This document shows positions 51,106 to 59,615 of a stretch of 64,000 bases of DNA, one piece after another (the stretch's first letter is position 1; every line of letters starts with the position of its first letter). A model generated the notes under the pieces. It was not told the DNA's origin, made no database searches, and saw only the letters and a program-made list of their open reading frames with translations. The DNA is from a virus. A program made the position numbers and the translations under genes. Location of the stretch: positions 29,880 to 93,879 of the IMG/VR virus record IMGVR_UViG_3300028388_005362; one strand, given 5' to 3'.

Positions 51106-51461
51106 GACGACTTCTTTAACGGTACAGGAGCAACCGAAAGTCCGAGAGCATTTTTAATCTGGGTAGGAGTCATACCAGCCGCTTCCATTTCTTTGAGAGT
51201 GACTTCTCGCTCAGAGACAGCCGTTCGACGGATCTGGGCGCGTAGTTTTTCTCTTTGCAGGGTCATGTCGTTAACTTTGACGTTAGCAACCTGAACTGCG
51301 ATTATGTTCCTTGCGGATTCGTTGAGTGCGTAGGCTTTGTCTACGCCAAGTTTTCCATCTTTTAACTCTCTACGCTCTTGGAGCATGTCTTCTGTGAGCT
51401 CATCTAATAAAGTGGAGTTGTACTCAGCTTTGTGCGAGTCTGATCTTTTTTCTTCTTTCAC
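51102..51461 (-). CDS. Hypothetical helical protein
   Basis: 119-aa ORF, GTG start. Confidence 0.55.
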   Translation of the reverse strand: MKEEKRSDSHKAEYNSTLLDELTEDMLQERRELKDGKLGVDKAYALNESARNIIAVQVANVKVNDMTLQREKLRAQIRRTAVSEREVTLKEMEAAGMTPTQIKNALGLSVAPVPLKKSS

Positions 51462-52080
51462 GGTTGTAATTATTTTTAGAGGTAGTTATACATTTTTTAC
51501 ACTTAAACAGGTTGTTCTCTGCATTCTTTCCTTTTTTAGGGACATAGAAATTTTCTTCTGTGTAAGGCTTAGAGGTTCCGCAAGAAATGCACGTCAGAGT
51601 TTTTAGATCTCCCTTTCTTATTTGATTTCTCAGCTCTCTTATAAGTAAGAGTTGCGATCTTTTGAGTTCTATCACACTGTCAGGAAGTTCGTGCATCTCT
51701 TCCAGAGAGAGATCAAACTGCTTCTGCAGGTGCCCACGAATAATGTAGTCCTTTAAAACCAAAGAGTCTTTTTTCTTTCTCTTTTTTCTATAATATTTAA
51801 CTGCTTCAGGGTTTTTTAGTTCCCAATTCTTCTTGTACTGCTTAACTCTATCTGGGTGGGCAGCTACCCAGGCATCTCTTAGTTCTTTTTGTCTTTTTTT
51901 ATATTCGAGACTTCGGCTGTGGTAATCCTTTTTTGCTTTTTCGTTAATACAGCTCCTACAAGTATGTTTGAAGTAAGTTTTTGTTTTTCCGCCTCGTTTC
52001 TTAGTTTGAGTTGGAAAGAAGTCCAGATTCAGGAGTTTCTCTTCCCCACATTTAATGCACGTTCTCTTTTCTTCTTTCAT
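51424..52080 (-). CDS. Zinc-ribbon basic protein (paralog of 52052-52795)
   Basis: CxxC pairs; IELKRSQLLLIREL. Confidence 0.65.
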   Translation of the reverse strand: MKEEKRTCIKCGEEKLLNLDFFPTQTKKRGGKTKTYFKHTCRSCINEKAKKDYHSRSLEYKKRQKELRDAWVAAHPDRVKQYKKNWELKNPEAVKYYRKKRKKKDSLVLKDYIIRGHLQKQFDLSLEEMHELPDSVIELKRSQLLLIRELRNQIRKGDLKTLTCISCGTSKPYTEENFYVPKKGKNAENNLFKCKKCITTSKNNYNRERRKKIRLAQS

Positions 52081-52795
52081 GGGTTTTCTTATTTTTCTGG
52101 TATATGTTACAGCATACTTTGCATTTAAAGTCAAACTTTTGCTTTGCGGGATGCCAATAGAAGAACTCAGTGCTTAGTGGGTATGTAGTCCCACAACTTT
52201 TACACAAACGAAGACCTTCAGCTTTAAGATCCTTCTCCTTGTGTTTGAGTTCCCGAAGCATAAGAAGTTGCTGCCTTTTAGCCTCAATTAGACCAGGATG
52301 GGCACGAACTTCTTGATGGGTTATGGATACGCCAAGCGTTTTTTCAACTATCAGCTTGACTATGTATGAATCAGATAGGGTATCCCTTCTGTTCTGGTGG
52401 TAGTTCCTTTCCCTTTCCCGTATTGTGTCCTTTTGTCTCTCGTAACGAGCTTTGTAAGTAGCTGCATTACGTTTAGTTTCCTCTCTTCTCCACTCTCTTT
52501 TCTTTTCTGTTTTACAGGAAGGACAATATTTCGCATTAGCACTCTTTGCAGCAAAAGTAGATCCACAAGATGTACATGTCATGTTGTTATGCCTCTGCTG
52601 GGTCTGCAAACGGAGCTTATCCTGGAACTTCTTCATGTTCTTAGCCATTTTCTCTTTGTTATTCTTGGCGTATTCCCTGAAATACTCTCGGGAACACACC
52701 TTACATAAAGAATATGGCTTCCCACTTCTTATGGGGAACTCTGTAATAGGCATGACTTCACCACACCGGTTACATTTCTTAGTATCACTACACAT
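52052..52795 (-). CDS. Zinc-ribbon basic protein
   Basis: Three CxxC pairs; IEAKRQQLLMLREL. Confidence 0.65.
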   Translation of the reverse strand: MCSDTKKCNRCGEVMPITEFPIRSGKPYSLCKVCSREYFREYAKNNKEKMAKNMKKFQDKLRLQTQQRHNNMTCTSCGSTFAAKSANAKYCPSCKTEKKREWRREETKRNAATYKARYERQKDTIRERERNYHQNRRDTLSDSYIVKLIVEKTLGVSITHQEVRAHPGLIEAKRQQLLMLRELKHKEKDLKAEGLRLCKSCGTTYPLSTEFFYWHPAKQKFDFKCKVCCNIYQKNKKTHERRKENVH

Positions 52796-52976
52796 AATGT
52801 TTTTAAAGGGTTAAGGGTTGAAAAACCAGGGGGCCTTGACCACCACCCCCTGGAAACTATGAGAAACAAAACCTGCACTGCAAAACACATCGGGGAATTT
52901 GCCTCTTAGGGCTATGGAGTTCTGCGGCTCTTCATACTCACAAGGAGCACCTTCACCGCCATAATACAGGTTTAGG

Positions 52977-53034
52977 GCTTGGGGTGGGATTCGAACCCAC
53001 GTACCCGGGTGACACACCGTTGTCACTCCCAAGC
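52977..53034 (-). ncRNA. 58-nt tRNA-like element lacking the anticodon arm
   Basis: 7-bp acceptor GCTTGGG/CCCAAGC, canonical T-arm GTGGG-TTCGAAT-CCCAC, one D-like hairpin. Confidence 0.7.
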
Positions 53035-53264
53035 GTGTAAAAAGGGGGAGAGAAACACTTGAAAACTCTCCCCCAAACCAAATTAATCCACTAACCAATT
53101 TCTCACATGGATGAGAAATGGGTCAACTTATATGGTAAAATGCTTATATTCGCATGGCATTCTGCTTTTGGGAAAAGGGGCAGATCATTTGAAATATTAG
53201 CATTGTATAGAAACAAGATTTCAATGAACTTCGTCAAACGGTATTTTGTTAGGTGTTGACGAAG

Positions 53265-53306
53265 CAAATATAATACTTTTTGTTTTTATACAAAACAATA
53301 TTCTGT
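53265..53306 (-). promoter_or_regulatory. Promoter TATATTTG (53272-53265) with box ACAAAAC-AAT-ATTCTGT (53290-53306)
   Basis: Box 17 nt upstream of the -7 element and just upstream of the divergent PAS gene. Confidence 0.6.
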
Positions 53307-53320
53307 ATAAAAAGGAGGAA

Positions 53321-53956
53321 ATGTTTCGATTATTTAGGAAAGCTACTATGGATGATTATCCCAAAACCAGAGATTTACTTGTCCAAAAAATACGTTTGTT
53401 GGATATGTTCCAGGATAGCGTGGGAGGATTACTCGTTAAGGATTTTGAGGAGCGGAAGGTGATTCACGTCAACAAGAACTTCTTGAGGTATATGAATATG
53501 GAAACTTTGAAGGAAGGGATAACAGGAGTTGAGCTCATGCAGCAGTTTATACACCCAGACTATTTACAGTACCACCAGAATTCTATTGAGTATTTGAGAA
53601 ATGAGAATAGCAAACGAGATGTGGTCACACACCTGATTCGAAGAGCTTCGGACAAAGCAGTCTTCAGGGCGGTGCTAATCAAGGTATCCGTAGAAGGAAC
53701 ACCACTGAAATTAATAGTGGGCAGGTATTTTCCACAAGATGAAGAGGAAATACTCAATGAGTATAGGGGGTTGCTCTATGATAAGATCCAGCAGGTGGAC
53801 GACTTTGTTGAAGCCGCCCAAGACCCGCTGGATTCTGTTGTAAAAAGGTCGATGTCCCTGAGTAAAATACCAGAAATGGCAGAGGTCACACGTTATGTGC
53901 AACAATTAGAGGATTTGATCACTGATTTAAGGGACAGCAACAAGACGCCCGACTAA
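53321..53956 (+). CDS. Stand-alone PAS-domain protein with C-terminal helical region
   Basis: FQDSVGGLLVKD...IHVNKNFLRYM...FIHPDY is a PAS signature; no kinase domain. Confidence 0.75.
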   Translation: MFRLFRKATMDDYPKTRDLLVQKIRLLDMFQDSVGGLLVKDFEERKVIHVNKNFLRYMNMETLKEGITGVELMQQFIHPDYLQYHQNSIEYLRNENSKRDVVTHLIRRASDKAVFRAVLIKVSVEGTPLKLIVGRYFPQDEEEILNEYRGLLYDKIQQVDDFVEAAQDPLDSVVKRSMSLSKIPEMAEVTRYVQQLEDLITDLRDSNKTPD

Positions 53957-54198
53957 GCAGGCACTTTACGGAGGGATTCTTTAAGGTATTCACGGTCGAG
54001 GTAGCCTTTTATTCCCGTACTCGGGCAAATAAAGCTCCCCTCATGTGACATCTGGTCATACTGTGCACGGGACAGGTACGAACAGAACTTGCTACCACCT
54101 AAGTGATAGACATGACCACTATTTTTATGCTCAAATAGCATTGAGCGTACTTTGTGGTCATTGGCGCAAATGATCACCCTGTAAGGTGTGACAGTCAT
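53953..54198 (-). CDS. Hypothetical protein
   Basis: Coupled ATG at 54198. Confidence 0.45.
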   Translation of the reverse strand: MTVTPYRVIICANDHKVRSMLFEHKNSGHVYHLGGSKFCSYLSRAQYDQMSHEGSFICPSTGIKGYLDREYLKESLRKVPA

Positions 54199-54500
54199 CG
54201 GGCAAATGCTGGGGTAGGATGCTTGTGAGAGGTATACTCCGTGCGTATTACCTCGTCTTTTTCCCACACCTTGTATTTAGACACCGGTATGGCGCGTCCC
54301 GACTTAACACGGGTGACCTTACCGGTCAATGGGTTAACAGTTTCGTAAACTTTGGCTTTGTGTGTTGTCGTGAAGAGATCTTCTTTTGCTTTGACATCAC
54401 GCAGCTTCTTGCGTACATAGAATGCACGGCCTTTACGGTTATTAATACGGTCCGATGTACCCGGACGATAGCGATTCAAAAGATTTGCAAAAAGGTTCAT
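54195..54500 (-). CDS. Basic hypothetical protein
   Basis: 101-aa ORF. Confidence 0.55.
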   Translation of the reverse strand: MNLFANLLNRYRPGTSDRINNRKGRAFYVRKKLRDVKAKEDLFTTTHKAKVYETVNPLTGKVTRVKSGRAIPVSKYKVWEKDEVIRTEYTSHKHPTPAFAR

Positions 54501-54698
54501 TTTTGATTTGTATTTGTGATTGAACTTTTACTTGTCAACAGCCAAACTCACCGTAAGTGGTGAGTCTGACTGATCTGCCCGACCAATCCCTCGGGCTGGG
54601 TATGAGAGTGAAGAGGTGTTCTTAGGAGGAAGTACTATGCTTTAACCAAAATCAATTGCCTGGCAGGATAGTTGGCGGGAGAACACCTCTTCAGTATC

Positions 54699-55568
54699 TT
54701 AGGCTTCAGCTGGGCGCTTTTCACACATAGCCTCTTGCCATACTTGTTCAGCTAAATATCGACCGGCAGTAACATCGGTGAGAATATGTCCCACCCATCT
54801 CTCAGGTCGTTCGTCCTGAAGGTCATCGTATGAAATGCTTTTGGCACTCATATTAGCCTCAATGACGTCCAGGTATTTATACTTGGTGAACAGGTCTTTG
54901 AAGAGTTTGAGGTTCTTATCGAACTCCAAACGTTTCCTCGCTGCAGCTTCAGCTTCTTTCTTGACCTTGGCAGGTTCCTCGATGAGGTTAGGGAAGAGCT
55001 CCAAAAACTTCTGGTATCTTTCATTGAGGTCCCCCCAGAACGGCTCACCTTCTGGGGTATTCTCCCAGAGGAAAGCAGAATCAAGCAAATGCTTATGCTT
55101 ATAGTCTTTATAACGCTCTACAAACTTCTCCAGGGACTCATGAGCTGCAGTGATAGCGGCTTTAAAAGGGTCAATCGCCCCTGCAACCTGCATGAACAGC
55201 ACGATGGGATAGAGTATTGATGGGCCGTGAAACCCGTATTGTGCGTGAACCTCAACTTCACCTGGAAGATCTTCTTTTACAGGTTCGGCCTTGTTTTCGC
55301 TTAGGACTTTGTCAACAAGGGCATGCCATTTGTCATGAATTTGGGTCCAGTACTCAAGGCCCTCATCGGTGTCCGACCAATCGAAAGCATGAATTATTAC
55401 TTTCTCAGGTTTATGGGCAAGAACACCATCCAAATTCTTGTAAACTACCCATACATTGTCTTTTGTTGAAGCTCTGCCTAAATAAGCCATACGCTCATAA
55501 AAAGTGGTTACACCATTCTCCTTCAAGAATGTGTGGAATTGTCCTACTGTGATTTTCTTCTTTTCCAT
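54699..55568 (-). CDS. Hypothetical protein with internal AFxWxxTxEGxx(F/Y)W repeat
   Basis: AFDWSDTDEGLEYW and AFLWENTPEGEPFW. Confidence 0.65.
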   Translation of the reverse strand: MEKKKITVGQFHTFLKENGVTTFYERMAYLGRASTKDNVWVVYKNLDGVLAHKPEKVIIHAFDWSDTDEGLEYWTQIHDKWHALVDKVLSENKAEPVKEDLPGEVEVHAQYGFHGPSILYPIVLFMQVAGAIDPFKAAITAAHESLEKFVERYKDYKHKHLLDSAFLWENTPEGEPFWGDLNERYQKFLELFPNLIEEPAKVKKEAEAAARKRLEFDKNLKLFKDLFTKYKYLDVIEANMSAKSISYDDLQDERPERWVGHILTDVTAGRYLAEQVWQEAMCEKRPAEA

Positions 55569-55631
55569 TTGATTATTCTGTTTAATGGATTAAATATCGG
55601 TTATTTGACTGTTATACGGTATTATATACTG

Positions 55632-55727
55632 CTATGAAATGCCAACAAAATGGCTTAGCAGCATGACCCCGACAGTCAGGATGACTGCCAGGATCAGTTG
55701 TGCGGCGATAATTATGTGTCGTTTCAT
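55632..55727 (-). CDS. 31-aa membrane peptide
   Basis: Hand-translated MKRHIIIAAQLILAVILTVGVMLLSHFVGIS; ATGA-coupled. Confidence 0.45.
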   Translation of the reverse strand: MKRHIIIAAQLILAVILTVGVMLLSHFVGIS

Positions 55728-55972
55728 GTTTCTGCGAGTTCGGTTTGGGATATTCTACGAGCAGCCATATCAATACGAAGGTTGAGATAGGTATGAGTAG
55801 ATTTTGGGATCTGTGCGAGGTCATCCAGGTCCATGGCATTGATAGTGTCATCAATACGATTGTCAATGGTGATGTCGCCTGTTTCGAGAAGGTGCTTGTA
55901 TGCTTCTTCGAGAAGCACCAGCACTGCAGTGTGCTGCTTGAGTGTTAGCAGTCTCATCACTGTTTTGTCCAT
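55724..55972 (-). CDS. Hypothetical protein
   Basis: ATG after A-rich leader. Confidence 0.5.
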   Translation of the reverse strand: MDKTVMRLLTLKQHTAVLVLLEEAYKHLLETGDITIDNRIDDTINAMDLDDLAQIPKSTHTYLNLRIDMAARRISQTELAET

Positions 55973-56054
55973 AGGATTTGTTTTTTTTAAAGTTCTTAAA
56001 TAAAAAATTAGGTTTTCTGTTGCCAGGATAACCTTAAACCCCGGTGATTGCCGT

Positions 56055-56369
56055 CTACATGTAGACAGCAAAACTCTTGCATCCGATGATGCGTCCCTGG
56101 GAATCTCTGACGAGATCGTGAGGAGCAACAACATCAGGACGAAGAGCCGCCTGTGCTACCATAGATGATACGATGAAGATCGTACCTTCTGTGGGAGCCG
56201 GGAGATTCTCAATCTCACCGAAAGAAACGGCGCAGATTGGAATATCACCGCCGGCAATCTGTTCGCTGTCCATAGACACGCGAGCAATATCGCCGGAAGG
56301 CTCAATCACCTCGGTCTCCCCGTTTACCATCAGGTTGATGGCATGAGGAGTCAAGTTGATCTTTCTCAT
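56055..56369 (-). CDS. NLTPH-motif protein, candidate Crn4-like ring nuclease
   Basis: INLTPH, PSG..ARV, IVS..VA, R.D, VRD..GRIIGC. Confidence 0.55.
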   Translation of the reverse strand: MRKINLTPHAINLMVNGETEVIEPSGDIARVSMDSEQIAGGDIPICAVSFGEIENLPAPTEGTIFIVSSMVAQAALRPDVVAPHDLVRDSQGRIIGCKSFAVYM

Positions 56370-56397
56370 TGTCAAGTGGTATTAATTGGTTTCAAAT

Positions 56398-56430
56398 GAA
56401 AAAGCAGACCCAGTTAACCAGGTCTGCTTC
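56398..56430 (-). terminator. Intrinsic terminator-like hairpin
   Basis: AAGCAGACC/GGTCTGCTT plus U-run on the - strand. Confidence 0.65.
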
Positions 56431-57262
56431 GATAGCTGTGTTTCAGGCAATTGACTTTCTGTCCAGCTACCCGCCCCTCAAGAGCCAACCCTTCCAGGCA
56501 AACCAAGTAGCTGCTTGGTCTGTTATCCTTTGAGATTGACGGAAATTTGTAGGACCTATTGTAGAAACTTCACGGCATTCTCCTGAGCCATTGGCCGAGC
56601 CGACCTCTTCCCGGGTCGTTGTTTCTGCAAATTGGTAGTTGCTAACTACCACGGCGTATTTAATTCGTTATGTGCACTGTAAAAATAGTTTTGAGAACAA
56701 CAATACCCAGCCCGTAGGCTATGACCAGTCTCATTGGTGCGGGTGCCACCTCATCACCTCTGATTATGGTTTGGGTATTGCTGTTCTGTTGTAGAGGACA
56801 TCTCCCCTGCATACACTTTATTGTTTGGGCAAGCTACGCCCAACAGGTCTGCTGTTAATTCAGCTCAAGTATGCAACCTGTCTATCTTGAATTTCTTAAC
56901 GGTCTCGAAAGAAAGTTCCTATGTATAGAATAGGAGTGCTAAAAACACGCCCAGGCAGTATGGAGGACTAACCTGGGACGTGTCAGCAGATAAAATGAAC
57001 GATTGTTTATCCGGTAAAAATTATGAAAAGCCGAATAGGACAACAGTACAATTCCTCTTCCTGACTTACTCAGCAAACACCGGAAGAGGGGAAGGGTGTT
57101 TAGCTGGAAGGCGTCAACAGACGCTCACTCTAATCGTTGTCATAATCCCTAACATCTTGGATGTCAGAAACTACGACGCCATTAACTACATAATAGGTCA
57201 TGGTGTTGTGGGTATATTGGTGAAACATAAGTGTTCAACGCTATGACGAGAGTGCAGTCGTA
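56431..57262. ncRNA. Putative long structured non-coding RNA region
   Basis: No convincing ORF; many long stems; bounded by two terminator-like hairpins. Confidence 0.45.
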
Positions 57263-57296
57263 AAAAACAAATCCCCAACTCCGAAGAGCTGGGGAT
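57262..57296 (-). terminator. Intrinsic terminator
   Basis: ATCCCCAGCTC-TTCG-GAGTTGGGGAT-TTGTTTTTT. Confidence 0.8.
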
Positions 57297-57303
57297 AAGT
57301 CGG

Positions 57304-57630
57304 CTACGCAGTGGCGATAACCCTGGCTTTCATGGTACCCTTAGATACCAGAACGTCACCAGTGTCTTCATCAACCACGTCACGCACTGCTGTTTGCTCC
57401 GCTACCATGTAGGCAGCAGCATCAGTACGTACACCCTTAGCAACTGGTATGTACACCACTTCATCTCCGATTCTTGCACGCAAGCTGAAGTTGCCTGCAA
57501 AAGATTCGGACTCCGTGATGTAGTTGTCAGCGTCTACCTGTACGGTGACGCTTTTACCAGTAGTTGCATAAACAGGCTGGCTGGAATATTTCTTCAGCGA
57601 GCCTAAGTTCAGTTGTGATAATACACTCAT
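57304..57630 (-). CDS. Hypothetical protein, first gene of the leftward block
   Basis: MSVLSQLNLGSL..., followed by a terminator. Confidence 0.65.
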   Translation of the reverse strand: MSVLSQLNLGSLKKYSSQPVYATTGKSVTVQVDADNYITESESFAGNFSLRARIGDEVVYIPVAKGVRTDAAAYMVAEQTAVRDVVDEDTGDVLVSKGTMKARVIATA

Positions 57631-57850
57631 GAGAATAGGATTTTGTGATGAAACATTTACGACTACAGCAGACCCCGGGGGGTCTACTCTCAACCTTTAG
57701 TGTGGGGTGATTGCTGTAGGTGGTAAACAAACACGTATACCCGTTCAATTTTTTTTCTGGAAAAATTTTTCCCGTCCCTCAGCTCAAAGAAGAAATCGTG
57801 CAATCGGATTGCAGATCTGGGAGGATTCGTACAGTGTAGTGTGCTTTTGT

Positions 57851-58406
57851 ATGCAATTTTGCACCCGGATTGCATTTTTGCATGGATAAGTACAGGTTAA
57901 TGTACTTTCCCTTGCATCAAATAACCGTCAAATAAACGACAGTTATCTGATTTACTGGTAAATTTTTGATTGGGCAATTTGAGGTGGTGTACTTAAATTA
58001 AGAAAATTCACGCTAATTTTTCAGGTACGTTTGAATTGTTCACGTATCGTGAACGGTCAACTATCTTGTTCAAAATACTTGACTGATAAAACCAACACTA
58101 ACTAAGAAAATTGGACTTAGCGTATGGTTTAACCAACATAATGTAAAATACACTTGACAAATAGAGGGCTGTTTGTAAAATACGGTTTACATTTGGTAAT
58201 TCCGCTTAACCCCTGACGGTATTCGGAAAAAACTAACCCCTACCCGGAAATTTCCGCTTATGTAAAGGACACTATCAAAGACATTCAGTCCTTTATCCTG
58301 TCGCAAATAGTGCTAAAATGTGCGACAATTTTATGCACGTTTACAGTCATATGTACAAATTATGCTGTTTTTTGTACATATTCTCAAATATTCGCTATTC
58401 GCGAAT
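57851..58406. repeat. Array of ~14 different short inverted repeats
   Basis: Back-to-back palindromes with 5-11-bp arms in a non-coding divergent region. Confidence 0.75.
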
Positions 58407-58497
58407 CAAGAATCAACAGCACTTTGTGGAAGATTGGGTTCTGGATTTAACATACAGTTCCTCTGTTGCAGGTATATTGTACCCAGTTTAACACCCA

Positions 58498-58917
58498 ATG
58501 ACTATGAATGTAGAAGAAATGACACGTCAACAGCGCCTGGAAGCCATACAAGAGTATCATCCAGGTTGTGCTCCGGGAAAGTTTTCTTACCTGGTCATCG
58601 CTACTAAGGAAGGAGAATACCAGTGGAACACCGAAAGGCTTGAAAAAGCCTCTGACCAGGTATTGTTTAAGGTGCTGGTGCACATGAAGATCAACAAAGC
58701 GGACGCTATGGTGAATTTCCGCAAGTTCCAACAGGCCCGAGAGAAATTCTTTGAGGCGAATCCGGATACTGCCCAGTTCAAACGGACCATCAAAGGACCG
58801 ATAGGGGAGGATATGGATGTGGATGGGTACGAAGCACACCTGGCTACCTTTCGGCGTAATAAGTATAATGAGCGCATGAGAGACCGTGTGCTGTATGGAG
58901 AGGAGGTAAAAGCATGA
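58498..58917 (+). CDS. Hypothetical protein
   Basis: 139-aa ORF, first of the rightward block. Confidence 0.6.
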   Translation: MTMNVEEMTRQQRLEAIQEYHPGCAPGKFSYLVIATKEGEYQWNTERLEKASDQVLFKVLVHMKINKADAMVNFRKFQQAREKFFEANPDTAQFKRTIKGPIGEDMDVDGYEAHLATFRRNKYNERMRDRVLYGEEVKA

Positions 58918-59075
58918 ATGAGACATTCGACGGGATATTCGGGGGACAGAACGGTGAGGTGATCACCCTGCATAACTCTGGGGGACAGGTGAAGTATCCC
59001 GTCGTCATTATCTACGATAAGAACGGAAATTTATTAAAAATAGACTGCCATGCAGACGCAAAAGAAGCCGCCTAA
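58914..59075 (+). CDS. Small hypothetical protein (53 aa)
   Basis: ATGA-coupled; hand-translated MNETFDGIFGG... Confidence 0.4.
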   Translation: MNETFDGIFGGQNGEVITLHNSGGQVKYPVVIIYDKNGNLLKIDCHADAKEAA

Positions 59076-59577
59076 ACAGGTCGCCATCACATTCAGTGAA
59101 CTGAAAGCATACGCCAGGGACTGGAATTTCGCCCGGATCGTTATATTTGAGAAGATTCTGGCGCTTTACAGCCGATATGGGGTGCAGATCCGGCTTTCCC
59201 GCAGGGATCTGATGCGTGAGATCGATCTTTTATCCCGAAGAAACATCCAGGCATCCCTGGATTACTTCGAAAAGCAGGGATTCCTTGAGGTATTGCCCAC
59301 TCCCCATGGAAAAACCACTACCCTCCTGCTGAATACCCAGAAGATAGTGGACTCTGCCCACATTATCTACCGCACAGACCGCTTCAAAGACCCGGAAGAA
59401 TCCTTGGCTTTCCTGGATATGAAACGTCAATACCTTAAAGGGCTGCTCAGGACCGTTTCCCTGCAGTTGGATGAGGATACTTACACCCCAGAATTCGGAT
59501 TCCCTGTTGGGAGTCCAACGTGCACAGTTGACCAAAAAACACTAAAAGAGAGTCCAACGTACACACAACAGTATTAA
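59050..59577 (+). CDS. wHTH protein, possible replication initiator
   Basis: LSRRDLMREIDLLSRRNIQASLDYFEKQGFLEV; repeats in its 3' end. Confidence 0.55.
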   Translation: MQTQKKPPKQVAITFSELKAYARDWNFARIVIFEKILALYSRYGVQIRLSRRDLMREIDLLSRRNIQASLDYFEKQGFLEVLPTPHGKTTTLLLNTQKIVDSAHIIYRTDRFKDPEESLAFLDMKRQYLKGLLRTVSLQLDEDTYTPEFGFPVGSPTCTVDQKTLKESPTYTQQY

Positions 59578-59615
59578 TAGTAATATATAGTAATATAATA
59601 GAAGTTAGTAGAATT

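Noticed and set aside
52811-53098. 95-aa ORF over the tRNA-like element
   Set aside because: It spans hairpins and the tRNA mimic, with no protein-like features.
57851-58406. CRISPR array
   Set aside because: No conserved direct repeat; every unit is a different palindrome; no cas genes.
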